A DNA stretch of 64,000 bases, from the sequence record NZ_CP086424.1, one strand, 5' to 3'. The position numbers were made by a program, and so were the translations under genes. Below are positions 33,401-43,019 of this stretch, one piece after another (the first letter of the stretch is position 1; each line of letters opens with the position of its first letter). Source of the DNA: a plasmid. The notes beneath the pieces are model-generated. The model was not told where the DNA came from. It was given only the letters and a program-made list of their open reading frames with translations, and made no database searches.

Positions 33401-35897
33401 GATCCCCGATGGATTGGTCCAAGACCCGTTATCGGAATCACCTTCGCTCTCTGGTTCATTGGCCTCCAACGGCGTTCATCCACTGGGGTGGCGGGTAAGT
33501 ATTTTCACCCGTAACGGCACTAGGGTGACGTTGAACGACGAGACTTTCAATGTCGAAGCGGTTGACCCACCAGCTCCGACCGTTGAACTAGCCTCCGACT
33601 ACAACTTCAAAGACAACATCTACTTGGTGCCGATGACAGGTAACTACCTGGGTGATGCCATTATCAACTCTGAACGAGCTGATCTGGATATTGCCATATC
33701 GCGCAACTCGGATGTTCTTGAGTCTGAGACCTTCACTCCGGGATGGGGTGCCACCAATAAGGTGTATCGCCGCATCAATACCGATGAGCGAGCGTTGTGG
33801 GAGGAGACCACCTACAAGGTGAACGCGGCCTACAACAAGGTGCCTGATGTGAAGACTGAGGTTGTCTACCGGGCTATCTCTGCACCTTCTGACAGTATCC
33901 GTCCTATCGTTGAAGTTAAAGGTGATACCGCGATTGACACCCAGGCATTGCCGGTTAGGGTTCTCATCCGTGATCAGTACAAACCTGATGGTGACTATGA
34001 CGCTAACACGATGGGGGTGTGGAAAGTACGCCTGATCCAGCAAAAGGCCTACAACGAGACGGTTGCGCTCACTGATTATGCGGAAGCATCGAACGGTGAA
34101 GCTCAGTTCTCAGTAGACCTGTCTGGTGTGGATACTTCCTCCGTCCGTATCGCTGCTGAGGCTGTTCTGGAAAGCCCTGTTGAGGGTTACAACCGCACAG
34201 AGTTGTCTATCAGACCTGCCTTCTTGACAGTGCTTCGCGGTGGTGCCATCGGTGCTGGCGTGGAGGCTCGCAAGTTGTCTGGTGAAGCTCCGTTCACTGC
34301 TGTGTTCAAGCTATCTTTGGACGACCGTCAGGATCTCCGGGCTACCGGCCAGGTTGTGTGGGAAACCAGTAAGGACGACGGTAAAACCTGGGAGCAGTTC
34401 ATCCCAGAAGATCGATACAAGTATCAGCTTGTGAAGACCTTCGACAAGGGGGAGTACCAGGTTCGGGCCAAGGTGGTGAACGTCAACTCAGGTGCGGAAA
34501 AGTACACCGAAGCGGTCAGTGTTGTCGCTTACGACAAACCTGATATTGCTGTTATCGGCCCGACCACGTTGTTTGTCGGAAGTGAAGGCAAGTACACAGC
34601 GAACCTGACGTTGAACGATGAGCCAATCTCCGGTGGCAATGCCATTGTTGAGTGGTCTACTGACGGTGGCAAAACCTACGCGCAGACAGGGGATAGCATC
34701 ACGCTTTCGAGCGATGAAGAAACCCGATACCGCCTGTGGGCTCGTGTGCGCTCTGCCACGGCACCGGCTGATGACGGCTATGCCTATGAAGTTGCGAAAA
34801 CGGCGGTTGACTTCCGAGCAGTGAAGGCACCTCGTCCTTACGTGACAGGGCCGCGAGTTATTGAGACCGGTAAGAAGTATGTGTTCAAAGCCGAAACCAG
34901 CCTGCCTTACCGTGGGATGGACGTGAAGCTGAACGGGTTCTTCACGCTGCCTGATGGCTCGATTGTGCAGGGTGATACTGCTGAGTACGAACCCTCTGAC
35001 ACTGACCTCAATCAGGCTACTGTAGAAACGAAGTACACCACCTGGATCGAAGGATACCGAGATCAGGGTGCAGAGGCTTCGCATAGCCTACGCTCCCGCG
35101 TTTGGCAGTATGTATGGCCGAGCTTCGGAATGCAGGTTAGGAAGAACGCAGACGTGGCTCCTGCGACGATCACCGCGTCAGTGCGGCCAATTGCCTTCAA
35201 CGGCAAGCTGGAAGAGCCGACCTACGAGTGGGAGTTGCCGGAAGGCGCTGTGATTCAGGATCAGCGGCAGGATATTGTCCGGTCCTTTGTGATCAATGAG
35301 CCGGGTGATTACAACATCAAGGTCACTGTCCGTGATGCTCGCGGCCATGAGACCGTGATCGAGCAACCGCTCAAGATCGGCCAGGCAGCGCCCTATGCCA
35401 TTGACCTGCAATACTCTGGCTCGAACAAATACGAGCGTGAGCCTCTGGATGTGCTGTTGCGACCGTACATTTCTGGCGGCCACCCACGCGACCGTATTTC
35501 GACTCGTGTTTATTCGGTAGATGGTACACCGTTGGAAAGCAGTGGTTACTACGGCAGAGCAACTCTGGGCGCTGGTGAGCACAGCATCAAGCTGAAAATA
35601 ACCTCAGAAATGGGGCATGAAGCTGAGGGCGAGGTGAACATCAATGTTGCAGAGAACAAGTTGCCTGCATGTAGCCTGAGCTCACGAGAGACCGTTGGGT
35701 CGTGGATCGTCTATGCGAACTGCGAAGATACCGATGGCCGCATGAAGTCCTACGAATGGACCATTGCCGGTGAGTTGCAGAGCATCAGCTCTGATCGAGT
35801 GACTATCAGCAAGGGCACCTATGAAACGATGCCGACCATCTCTCTGGTTGGGGTCGATGACTCTGGGGGCAAATCCGAAGCTGTTACCATGAACTAA
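30411..35897 (+). CDS. Very large (1828 aa) secreted protein with BNR/Asp-box motifs
   Basis: Signal peptide MINFKPKIPAMLGALAVLTAGAAHA. SxDxGxTW-type motifs (SKDDGKTW, STDGGKTY). GGAG Shine-Dalgarno 6 nt upstream. Confidence 0.7.
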   Translation: MINFKPKIPAMLGALAVLTAGAAHAELLEYTFKAPDGTQRSLTPNANYANPTGNISFALSAGIDRKVKISVLRSDGTVVSTATSHLLGATDRITVGGKSYYGAELQLPAPVGGAYTIRAEILASDGSTVQTDEYPLTVDVTPPTYSSLAPVYSNYGQVTSGDVWKLGLGGSEDNAFLLSGISDESPIKGVKAKLYRQDGSLYKDVSVNYDDANGQARQSFQSGFFPASDLDEVFTLQFEISDSAGNSYLSPRQKVMFDSITNAPSAPFGVYDPSSTNNLGPGLTGFVAYTEGMTVKTNPIKLAWRVPRDNWHEYREGGINMTNALGEMSKVGEDASYVYLVTTAPYGNTDGNYWRWVNFGQWGGGGIAYNLTLSPSAPKSPRLLGVDYNYSDIGWSSFYRYWVNNSVLPVTVSSIRVKVEPRPYVQTAVHRGSCEIPVGQDSCVIANSFTMAKGTTGYVHDNATVFNPDKSLRSNPLWAEVNWNDQHYPQLSQQFDQNSKVFTLFVNQPGRGAYFDRLRLRSAWIEDSKGNKLSPTGGLIANNWENYTYQWDLKTLPEGQYSLVAAAEEMHGPLTRQPMFQITSDRTPPTMTLSVADGAAIQTLDDVVITLADAIDPSPKLTSIALVGGPANDKVQLSWREESKGRFRLEYPVMFPSLKEGESYTLTVSGEDAQGNAVQKAVGFEYKPRQVMLADGMDGKVMVPAVTHEFVHADGKRIIETKPLTLSDGAVVTGSYDVFATLRSDAKVPLVVNGVRIEPGQTMGIMSQHDFGASGGRLSIPVKPAVPDVVGSSSLLVMTSAPNSPILVVDINTWKGTAKLSAESWTIRQVIDPVKIYALPESGVPCRFTTKEDVAMAADPIRDPVCLLQWDRTPDEAEQTTQDNNGMKVAGLVGQAVSIGEQPVEYSLYLFSGDGSKVKVGSGSQNLTVTTAYGSVGYTPIDDIAQVNRVIEDFDVNFKQSKGPDCSITLSADRAKKEAANKAVGSASRACLFEWQQIPDGLVQDPLSESPSLSGSLASNGVHPLGWRVSIFTRNGTRVTLNDETFNVEAVDPPAPTVELASDYNFKDNIYLVPMTGNYLGDAIINSERADLDIAISRNSDVLESETFTPGWGATNKVYRRINTDERALWEETTYKVNAAYNKVPDVKTEVVYRAISAPSDSIRPIVEVKGDTAIDTQALPVRVLIRDQYKPDGDYDANTMGVWKVRLIQQKAYNETVALTDYAEASNGEAQFSVDLSGVDTSSVRIAAEAVLESPVEGYNRTELSIRPAFLTVLRGGAIGAGVEARKLSGEAPFTAVFKLSLDDRQDLRATGQVVWETSKDDGKTWEQFIPEDRYKYQLVKTFDKGEYQVRAKVVNVNSGAEKYTEAVSVVAYDKPDIAVIGPTTLFVGSEGKYTANLTLNDEPISGGNAIVEWSTDGGKTYAQTGDSITLSSDEETRYRLWARVRSATAPADDGYAYEVAKTAVDFRAVKAPRPYVTGPRVIETGKKYVFKAETSLPYRGMDVKLNGFFTLPDGSIVQGDTAEYEPSDTDLNQATVETKYTTWIEGYRDQGAEASHSLRSRVWQYVWPSFGMQVRKNADVAPATITASVRPIAFNGKLEEPTYEWELPEGAVIQDQRQDIVRSFVINEPGDYNIKVTVRDARGHETVIEQPLKIGQAAPYAIDLQYSGSNKYEREPLDVLLRPYISGGHPRDRISTRVYSVDGTPLESSGYYGRATLGAGEHSIKLKITSEMGHEAEGEVNINVAENKLPACSLSSRETVGSWIVYANCEDTDGRMKSYEWTIAGELQSISSDRVTISKGTYETMPTISLVGVDDSGGKSEAVTMN

Positions 35898-35913
35898 GGT
35901 TCATTCCTCTCAA

Positions 35914-35942
35914 AGCCCGGTTCAGACCGGGCTTTTTTTTGT
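35914..35942 (+). terminator. Rho-independent terminator
   Basis: AGCCCGGTTCAGACCGGGCT plus TTTTTTTT. Confidence 0.7.
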
Positions 35943-35955
35943 ATCGCGCTGGAAT

Positions 35956-35980
35956 TGTCCAAATTGGGCTATTACAGAGG
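35956..35980 (+). promoter_or_regulatory. AcaCD/SetCD-like activator box, copy 5 (PdsbC–traC operon)
   Basis: TGTCCAAATTGGGCTATTACAGAGG, 90 bp upstream of dsbC. Confidence 0.55.
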
Positions 35981-36045
35981 CGAGTCTATTTCCATCCCCC
36001 GGATACACTGCCCAGCATCCAGTAATCCAATCTTAGGGGATAGAC

Positions 36046-36753
36046 ATGCGGACAAAATTACTTGGGGCGCTGATGGTGTTCGGGATTATTACCGGCACGG
36101 CTCATGCGTCATCGAAATTGGAAATCACCGATCCCAGAGCGGCGAAGATAGAGGACATTGTAGAGCTACCCATCAAAGGGGTTCGAGCCGTCCAAAGTGA
36201 TGGGCAGATCATGTTCCTCTCTGAAAACGGACGATTTGTTATTTCAGGACAAATCTACGACCTGTGGAGCAAGAAGCCCCTCAACACGATGTCCCAAATG
36301 AGGGATGTAGCGGAGCGTATCCACTTCAAGAGCATGGGCATGGATGTGGACACGCTGAACACTGTGTCGATGGGGCGTGGTGACAAAGAGGTGGTGGTCT
36401 TTGTTGATCCTAGGTGCGCGGTTTGCCATCAGCTCATGGGTGATGCCAAATCGCTGGTGGATGATTACACCTTTAAATTTATCGTGATTCCAGCTCTGGG
36501 TGCTGAGTCCAACCGCCTGGCAAAAAACTTGTACTGCGCGAAAGACAAAACCCACGCGCTTGATGCGCTGATGAACAACACCCTGGGTTCCCTTCCTTCA
36601 AAAGAAACCTGCGACCCCGGCCAATACGACCAAACGCTGCTGACAGCTCATTTCATTGGGATTGAGGGCGTTCCGTTCGTTGTTGCTCCGGATGGTCGTG
36701 TCAGCAAAGGACGTCCGAAGAACCTGAAATCATGGTTGGAGAGTGCTGAATGA
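36046..36753 (+). CDS. dsbC: Periplasmic thiol:disulfide interchange protein DsbC-like
   Basis: Signal peptide. CxxC active site (RCAVCHQ). 235 aa. Confidence 0.8.
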   Translation: MRTKLLGALMVFGIITGTAHASSKLEITDPRAAKIEDIVELPIKGVRAVQSDGQIMFLSENGRFVISGQIYDLWSKKPLNTMSQMRDVAERIHFKSMGMDVDTLNTVSMGRGDKEVVVFVDPRCAVCHQLMGDAKSLVDDYTFKFIVIPALGAESNRLAKNLYCAKDKTHALDALMNNTLGSLPSKETCDPGQYDQTLLTAHFIGIEGVPFVVAPDGRVSKGRPKNLKSWLESAE

Positions 36754-39197
36754 TCGTAACCATCAAAAAGAAACTCGAAGAAACGTTGATCCCGGAGCAC
36801 TTGCGAGCTGCCGGGATTATTCCTGTCCTGGCCTATGACGAAGACGATCATGTCTTCCTTATGGATGATCACAGTGCAGGCTTTGGTTTCATGTGTGAGC
36901 CCCTGTGTGGTGCCGATGAAAAAGTTCAGGAGCGAATGAACGGTTTCCTGAATCAGGAGTTCCCGTCGAAGACTACGCTCCAGTTTGTCCTGTTCCGCTC
37001 CCCGGACATCAATCAGGAGATGTACCGGATGATGGGTTTGCGTGATGGCTTCCGTCACGAGCTGCTGACATCTGTTATCAAGGAACGGATTAACTTCCTC
37101 CAGCACCACACGACAGATCGCATATTTGCCAAGACCAACAAAGGTATCTACGACAATGGCTTGATCCAAGACCTCAAGCTGTTCGTTACGTGCAAAGTCC
37201 CCATCAAGAACAATAACCCGACTGAAAGCGAACTCCAGCAGCTCGCACAGCTTCGCACGAAGGTCGAATCATCGCTTCAAACCGTTGGTCTGCGTCCTCG
37301 CACAATGACGGCGGTGAACTACATCCGGATCATGAGCACCATCCTGAATTGGGGGCCAGATGCTTCATGGCGACATGACTCTGTGGATTGGGAGATGGAT
37401 AAGCCCATCTGCGAGCAAATCTTCGATTACGGCACCGACGTGGAAGTCAGCAAGAATGGCATCAGGCTGGGTGACTACCACGCGAAAGTCATGTCAGCGA
37501 AAAAGCTGCCTGACGTTTTCTACTTTGGTGATGCGTTGACCTATGCCGGGGATCTCAGCGGCGGCAATTCCAGCATCAAAGAAAACTACATGGTCGTGAC
37601 CAATGTTTTTTTCCCTGAGGCAGAAAGCACGAAAAACACTCTGGAGCGCAAACGCCAGTTCACTGTAAACCAAGCCTACGGGCCGATGCTCAAATTCGTG
37701 CCGGTGCTGGCGGACAAGAAGGAGAGCTTCGACACTCTCTATGAGTCCATGAAAGAGGGGGCTAAGCCAGTCAAGATCACCTACTCGGTGGTTTTATTTG
37801 CTCCAACCAAAGAACGTGTTGAAGCGGCGGCGATGGCCGCACGAAACATCTGGCGTGAATCTCGGTTCGAGCTGATGGAGGACAAGTTCGTTGCTCTGCC
37901 GATGTTCCTCAACTGCCTGCCATTCTGTACCGACCGGGATGCAGTGCGAGACCTATTCCGCTACAAGACCATGACAACCGAGCAGGCTGCTGTGGTCCTG
38001 CCGGTGTTTGGGGAATGGAAGGGGACCGGGACCTATCATGCAGCGCTGATTTCCCGCAACGGCCAGCTCATGAGTCTGTCTCTTCACGACAGTAATACCA
38101 ACAAGAACCTGGTGATCGCAGCCGAATCCGGCTCGGGTAAATCGTTCCTTACCAACGAACTGATTTTTTCCTACTTGTCCGAGGGGGCTCAGGTCTGGGT
38201 TATTGATGCCGGTAAGTCCTACCAGAAGTTGTCGGAAATGCTCAATGGCGACTTCGTTCACTTTGAAGAAGGAACGCACGTCTGCCTCAACCCGTTTGAG
38301 CTCATACAGAACTACGAGGACGAAGAAGACGCGATAGTCAGCCTCGTTTGTGCGATGGCTTCGGCTAAGGGCTTGCTGGATGAATGGCAAATCTCTGCGT
38401 TGAAACAGGTCCTTTCTCGCCTGTGGGAAGAGAAAGGTAAAGAGATGAAGGTTGACGACATCGCTGAGCGCTGCCTGGAAGAAGAAAATGACCAGCGCCT
38501 CAAGGATATTGGTCAGCAGCTCTACGCCTTTACGTCGCAGGGCAGCTACGGGAAATACTTCTCTCGCAAGAACAACGTCAGCTTCCAGAACCAGTTCACT
38601 GTACTGGAGCTCGATGAACTGCAAGGGCGTAAGCACTTGCGTCAGGTTGTACTACTCCAGCTTATTTACCAGATCCAGCAAGAAGTATTCCTGGGTGAAC
38701 GTAACCGCAAGAAAGTCGTCATCGTGGATGAGGCCTGGGACCTGCTCAAAGAGGGCGAGGTCTCGGTCTTCATGGAACATGCCTACCGCAAATTCCGTAA
38801 GTACGGTGGCTCCGTTGTCATTGCAACGCAGTCCATCAACGACCTCTATGAGAACGCAGTGGGCCGCGCCATCGCGGAGAACTCGGCCAGCATGTACTTG
38901 CTCGGCCAAACCGAAGAAACCGTGGAATCTGTTAAACGTAGCGGTCGTCTGACCCTTTCAGAGGGCGGGTTCCACACCCTCAAAACGGTACACACCATCC
39001 AAGGCGTGTACTCAGAAATCTTTATCAAATCGAAGAGCGGTATGGGCGTCGGTCGCTTGATAGTGGGCGACTTCCAGAAGCTACTTTATTCGACCGATCC
39101 GGTGGACGTTAACGCCATCGACCAGTTTGTGAAACAAGGCATGAGCATACCTGAGGCAATCAAGGCCGTAATGCGAAGCCGTCGGCAGGCTGCATAA
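36750..39197 (+). CDS. traC: T4SS ATPase TraC (VirB4-like)
   Basis: 815 aa. Walker A AESGSGKS. Walker B VVIVDEAW. Confidence 0.85.
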   Translation: MIVTIKKKLEETLIPEHLRAAGIIPVLAYDEDDHVFLMDDHSAGFGFMCEPLCGADEKVQERMNGFLNQEFPSKTTLQFVLFRSPDINQEMYRMMGLRDGFRHELLTSVIKERINFLQHHTTDRIFAKTNKGIYDNGLIQDLKLFVTCKVPIKNNNPTESELQQLAQLRTKVESSLQTVGLRPRTMTAVNYIRIMSTILNWGPDASWRHDSVDWEMDKPICEQIFDYGTDVEVSKNGIRLGDYHAKVMSAKKLPDVFYFGDALTYAGDLSGGNSSIKENYMVVTNVFFPEAESTKNTLERKRQFTVNQAYGPMLKFVPVLADKKESFDTLYESMKEGAKPVKITYSVVLFAPTKERVEAAAMAARNIWRESRFELMEDKFVALPMFLNCLPFCTDRDAVRDLFRYKTMTTEQAAVVLPVFGEWKGTGTYHAALISRNGQLMSLSLHDSNTNKNLVIAAESGSGKSFLTNELIFSYLSEGAQVWVIDAGKSYQKLSEMLNGDFVHFEEGTHVCLNPFELIQNYEDEEDAIVSLVCAMASAKGLLDEWQISALKQVLSRLWEEKGKEMKVDDIAERCLEEENDQRLKDIGQQLYAFTSQGSYGKYFSRKNNVSFQNQFTVLELDELQGRKHLRQVVLLQLIYQIQQEVFLGERNRKKVVIVDEAWDLLKEGEVSVFMEHAYRKFRKYGGSVVIATQSINDLYENAVGRAIAENSASMYLLGQTEETVESVKRSGRLTLSEGGFHTLKTVHTIQGVYSEIFIKSKSGMGVGRLIVGDFQKLLYSTDPVDVNAIDQFVKQGMSIPEAIKAVMRSRRQAA

Positions 39198-39211
39198 CCA
39201 GGGAGACAGTA

Positions 39212-39529
39212 ATGGACATTAAATCAATCGCAATCGCCGCCATTCTCGGTGCCGCTGGTGGCTTCGGCGGTAGCTACTACGTGATGAGCGAACAAACGGC
39301 AAGCATCCATCAGCGTTTGAATCAAACCCCGCCAGTGGTCGTGGTTGACTTCGCTAAAGTGGCGTCGGCGTATCCCGCTGGTGCCTCTCAGGAGGAAGTT
39401 GAAAGGCTGATGGTCAAGACCAATGACGCAATTTTGAAGTTGAAAGACGCAGGTTATTTGGTCCTTGACGCAAGTGCTGTCGTCGGGGCTCCAAGTGACG
39501 TGTACCTCCCTGATGAGGTGCTGAAATGA
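39212..39529 (+). CDS. Small membrane-anchored T4SS accessory protein
   Basis: N-terminal TM helix, 105 aa, between traC and trhF. Confidence 0.45.
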   Translation: MDIKSIAIAAILGAAGGFGGSYYVMSEQTASIHQRLNQTPPVVVVDFAKVASAYPAGASQEEVERLMVKTNDAILKLKDAGYLVLDASAVVGAPSDVYLPDEVLK

Positions 39530-40056
39530 ATTTTCCACTCAAGAAGTATTTCGTCAAAAAGGAATCCTGGAAGCGCTTCGGGGTTAAGGCAGGTGTGACA
39601 CTAGTGGTTCTTTGGGCTGCTGGTGCGGCCTTTGCCAGCCGCTACCGTATTGGCATTGATCCACAACAGGAGAAGTGCCTGCCGGGTTACACCTTCTTCC
39701 TCATTGATCTGAACGACCAAACTCTGGAGAGGGGAGCGGTTTACGCCTTCCAAGCCAAGAACATGCAGCCTTTCTACAAGGACGGGACTCGCATGGTCAA
39801 AATCCTCACCGGTATGCCGGGGGATAAAGTCGAGATCAACGATAAGTGGAAGATCACCGTCAATGGTGATGTCGTCGGAGAGGGGCTCCAGCTCGCAGGG
39901 AAACTACATCTGCCAGAGAGCCACTTTTACGGCAAGACCACGCTGAAAGAGAACAACTACTGGTTTATGGGCAAAAGCCCATTCAGCTTCGACTCACGTT
40001 ACTGGGGGACTGTGAAAAATGATCAGATCATTGGCCGCGCATATCCCCTGTTCTAA
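39526..40056 (+). CDS. trhF: S26-family signal-peptidase-like TrhF/TraF
   Basis: 176 aa with a TM anchor. Signal-peptidase-like core. Confidence 0.65.
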   Translation: MNFPLKKYFVKKESWKRFGVKAGVTLVVLWAAGAAFASRYRIGIDPQQEKCLPGYTFFLIDLNDQTLERGAVYAFQAKNMQPFYKDGTRMVKILTGMPGDKVEINDKWKITVNGDVVGEGLQLAGKLHLPESHFYGKTTLKENNYWFMGKSPFSFDSRYWGTVKNDQIIGRAYPLF

Positions 40057-41284
40057 GAGCGTTCTGGTGGCGTTGATGTTCTCTGTGGCTGGCGGGGCAT
40101 ACGCTCAAGAGTCTCCGCTCACAGAGCAGGATAAGGCGCTTATTGAGCAAGGAAAGCAAATTGCCCAAAAGGCCCAGAAGATGGAAATGCCATCTCTGTT
40201 GCAAAACCAACACATGGACGAGGCTCAGGCCGAAGCCAAGGCATTTTTCAAGCAGCTCCAAACTACTAACCCAACGCTCAAGGAGATGCACCGGAAACAG
40301 GCTGAAAAGGGTATCTACTCTGACCATCGGATACTGGTTTTCGCCTCGTTGTCTCTTGGCGAACAGGGGTTAGATGACGTCCTAACGGCGGTGTCAGGCC
40401 AGCCTGATTCTGTAATTGTGTTCCGTGGCATCCCGGAAGGAATGAACTTGGGGCAGGGAGTTAAAGCTATTCAGGCGCTCGCGGCCAAAAAAGACCCAGT
40501 GCCGAACATCATCATCAACCCTACGTTGTTCAAAACGTACAACATCACAGCCGTTCCCACGATTGTGATGCTGGAGGATGAGCCGCTGCCTGGCGAACAA
40601 CCAAACGTCGTCGCCCAGGTCTCCGGGTTGTCCGACCCGGTATGGTTGGCTCGGGAAGTGGATAACGGAGAAAAAGGCGATCTCGGCGTTAAGGGGCCGG
40701 TGGAGAAAATCAGTGAGCCAGACCTTATTGATGTTGCCAAGAAACGCCTTGCCAATATCGACTGGGAAGAGAAGAAGAAACAGGCTATAGAGCGCTTCTG
40801 GACCAAGCAGAATTTCAATGAGCTGCCAAGAGCGCCAAAATCTCGAACACGAGAAATTGACCCTAGCGTCATGATCACCAGTGACATCAGCACTCCGGAT
40901 GGCACTGTGTTCGCTCACGCGGGTGACGTGATCAACCCATTGTGCGATCCGAAGGAAGTTTGCAAGCCTGGAACGCGGCCATTTACCCAAGCGGTCGTAG
41001 TTTTCGACCCGCTGGACAAAAAGCAAATGGAACTACTCGCCAAGAAGCTGCCTGAAATCAAGCTGGAGCCTGGCGTACAACGGATCACCTATATCGCCAC
41101 AGAGTTCGACAAAGACAAAGGCTGGGATTCCTACAAGAGTGTCACCGACAACTTTGACGCGCCGGTATATCTGCTGACGCCAGATCTGATTACCCGGTTC
41201 GAGCTGGAGCACACACCGAGCGTCATTACTGCCAGAGGCAAGAAGTTTGTTGTCCGCGAACTTGCTGAGGAGGGCGGTGAATGA
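40019..41284 (+). CDS. traW: TraW (TrbC–TraW fusion type)
   Basis: Signal peptide. 421 aa, about twice the F TraW, consistent with the H-type TrbC–TraW fusion. Confidence 0.7.
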   Translation: MIRSLAAHIPCSKSVLVALMFSVAGGAYAQESPLTEQDKALIEQGKQIAQKAQKMEMPSLLQNQHMDEAQAEAKAFFKQLQTTNPTLKEMHRKQAEKGIYSDHRILVFASLSLGEQGLDDVLTAVSGQPDSVIVFRGIPEGMNLGQGVKAIQALAAKKDPVPNIIINPTLFKTYNITAVPTIVMLEDEPLPGEQPNVVAQVSGLSDPVWLAREVDNGEKGDLGVKGPVEKISEPDLIDVAKKRLANIDWEEKKKQAIERFWTKQNFNELPRAPKSRTREIDPSVMITSDISTPDGTVFAHAGDVINPLCDPKEVCKPGTRPFTQAVVVFDPLDKKQMELLAKKLPEIKLEPGVQRITYIATEFDKDKGWDSYKSVTDNFDAPVYLLTPDLITRFELEHTPSVITARGKKFVVRELAEEGGE

Positions 41285-41952
41285 TTTTTGCCCCGGCTTT
41301 CCAACCAATTAAAGACGTCGGCACAGGTTCGTTTGTCGCTGCTGAGGTACTGGCTCGTTGGTACGACGAAGGCCGGGTTCTTACACCATCCTCTCTGTCA
41401 TCTCCTCCTTATTGGGGACTGGTGGATATGGAGATGGCACGGTTCATTCAGGACAACCTTCATTATTGCTTGGATCTGTACCCGGCTCTCTTTCTGAATG
41501 TCTCCGAACAAACTTTGCAATCAGACGTCATCTTCAAGGCGTGGTGTAGGGTTGTCCGCGACATTGCTAAAAATCACTCATCACGGCTTGTCATCGAGAT
41601 TACAGAGGGCATTCAGGACGCCTCTCTCGCATCGAGATGGGAGGCTCTGACCGAAATAGGGGTTGAGCTGGCGCTGGATGACTATGGAGACAAAAACTCT
41701 TCTCTGGATCGCCTGAGCCGTTATGACTGGCACTATTGCAAGTTTGACGCGAGAAGACTGCGGTCGCTTGAAGACTACCCGGCCATCCTCCACTGCCGCC
41801 GAAAAGGCATACAGCTCATTGCTGAGCAGGTGGAGAGCTTCCCATTGGGGGAGAGCGCCAAATTACTTGGACTGTCATGGCAACAAGGTTTCTATCACGG
41901 GAAGCCTGCTGTCATGGAGAAAAATTTGAATTACGTAAAGGCCTTACCATGA
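41281..41952 (+). CDS. Stand-alone EAL-domain protein (putative c-di-GMP phosphodiesterase) inside the tra operon
   Basis: EVLARW (EAL), LNVS, EITEG, DDYGDK, KFD, AEQVE and QQGFYHGKP motifs in canonical order. Its ATGA start overlaps the traW stop, and its stop overlaps the traU start. Confidence 0.65.
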   Translation: MIFAPAFQPIKDVGTGSFVAAEVLARWYDEGRVLTPSSLSSPPYWGLVDMEMARFIQDNLHYCLDLYPALFLNVSEQTLQSDVIFKAWCRVVRDIAKNHSSRLVIEITEGIQDASLASRWEALTEIGVELALDDYGDKNSSLDRLSRYDWHYCKFDARRLRSLEDYPAILHCRRKGIQLIAEQVESFPLGESAKLLGLSWQQGFYHGKPAVMEKNLNYVKALP

Positions 41953-42956
41953 TGCAAAAAATTCTACGGATCATGGCCGTTAGCGCGGTCTTTTGGGTTG
42001 GTTCGGTATCGGCTGACCCTGGGTGCCAGAATGCGGAAGTGATCGGCGGAAAACTGATTACTGACATCTGCTGGAGCTGTATTTTCCCTATCAAAGTAGC
42101 AGGGGTTCCTATAAGTGGTGGAGGCGGATCATTCCCGAGTGAAGCCGTAAGCAACCCTCTGTGTATGTGCGAGGATAATCTAGGGGTCCCTCGGCCTGGA
42201 GTCACCACTTCTATGTGGGAGCCAGCACGGCTCGTTGAATTTCAGAGAGTGCCTGGCTGCTCATCAGTCTTGAATGGTGTCAGGTTCCCGTTTGATAGGA
42301 CTAACCAAGGGCATCATGGCATGGGAGACATGGATGGTGGTGATGGTTCTTTTATGCACTATCACTACTATGCGTTTCCTCTGTTGGTGATGCTCGATTT
42401 ATTTATTAAGCAGACCTGTAATGCTGATGGGTATATGGATCTCGACATCATGTACATGTCGGAGCTCGACCCGACCTGGAACAATGATGAGCTCGCTTTT
42501 TTTACCAATCCAGAGGCGGCGGCAGTAGCAAACCCAATTGCGGCGGCTGCGTGTACTGCTGATGCTGTCTCATCAACCGCTGGAAAACCTTTAAAACAGC
42601 TTTTCTGGTGTGCTGGTTCATGGGGCACCCTGTATCCATTTAGTGGCAACCAGAATGGTGGAAAAGGTGTTATCCGCGATAGCAGTCTTCTTAGCACAAG
42701 GGTTCTGGCTGCTTTGCATCGCCGGGGGTTAGCGTGGAAGACAATGGGTTCTGAGGCTATGTGTAGAGGCGTTATTAGCCCAACACTACCCAAAACGCAG
42801 TACAAATTCACGCTATTGCATCCGGTTCCAGAGACAAACTCATCTCACGTAATTGGCGAATCCACTCTTACGTGGGGTCTGGCGCGAACTATACCGGCAA
42901 TTGGGCAAGACCCTATTTACACCATCTGGCGATGGAATGATTGCTGTAACAATTGA
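41949..42956 (+). CDS. traU: TraU
   Basis: Signal peptide MMQKILRIMAVSAVFWVGSVSA. Cys-rich periplasmic protein of about 335 aa. Confidence 0.75.
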   Translation: MMQKILRIMAVSAVFWVGSVSADPGCQNAEVIGGKLITDICWSCIFPIKVAGVPISGGGGSFPSEAVSNPLCMCEDNLGVPRPGVTTSMWEPARLVEFQRVPGCSSVLNGVRFPFDRTNQGHHGMGDMDGGDGSFMHYHYYAFPLLVMLDLFIKQTCNADGYMDLDIMYMSELDPTWNNDELAFFTNPEAAAVANPIAAAACTADAVSSTAGKPLKQLFWCAGSWGTLYPFSGNQNGGKGVIRDSSLLSTRVLAALHRRGLAWKTMGSEAMCRGVISPTLPKTQYKFTLLHPVPETNSSHVIGESTLTWGLARTIPAIGQDPIYTIWRWNDCCNN

Positions 42957-42993
42957 GCAGACCCTAACGAATTTGCACGGGCATTTTAGATTA

Positions 42994-43019
42994 TGCCCCA
43001 AAAGGGCCACTACACGTAC
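42994..43019 (+). promoter_or_regulatory. AcaCD/SetCD-like activator box, copy 6 (PtraN)
   Basis: TGCCCCAAAAGGGCCACTACACGTAC. Confidence 0.5.
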
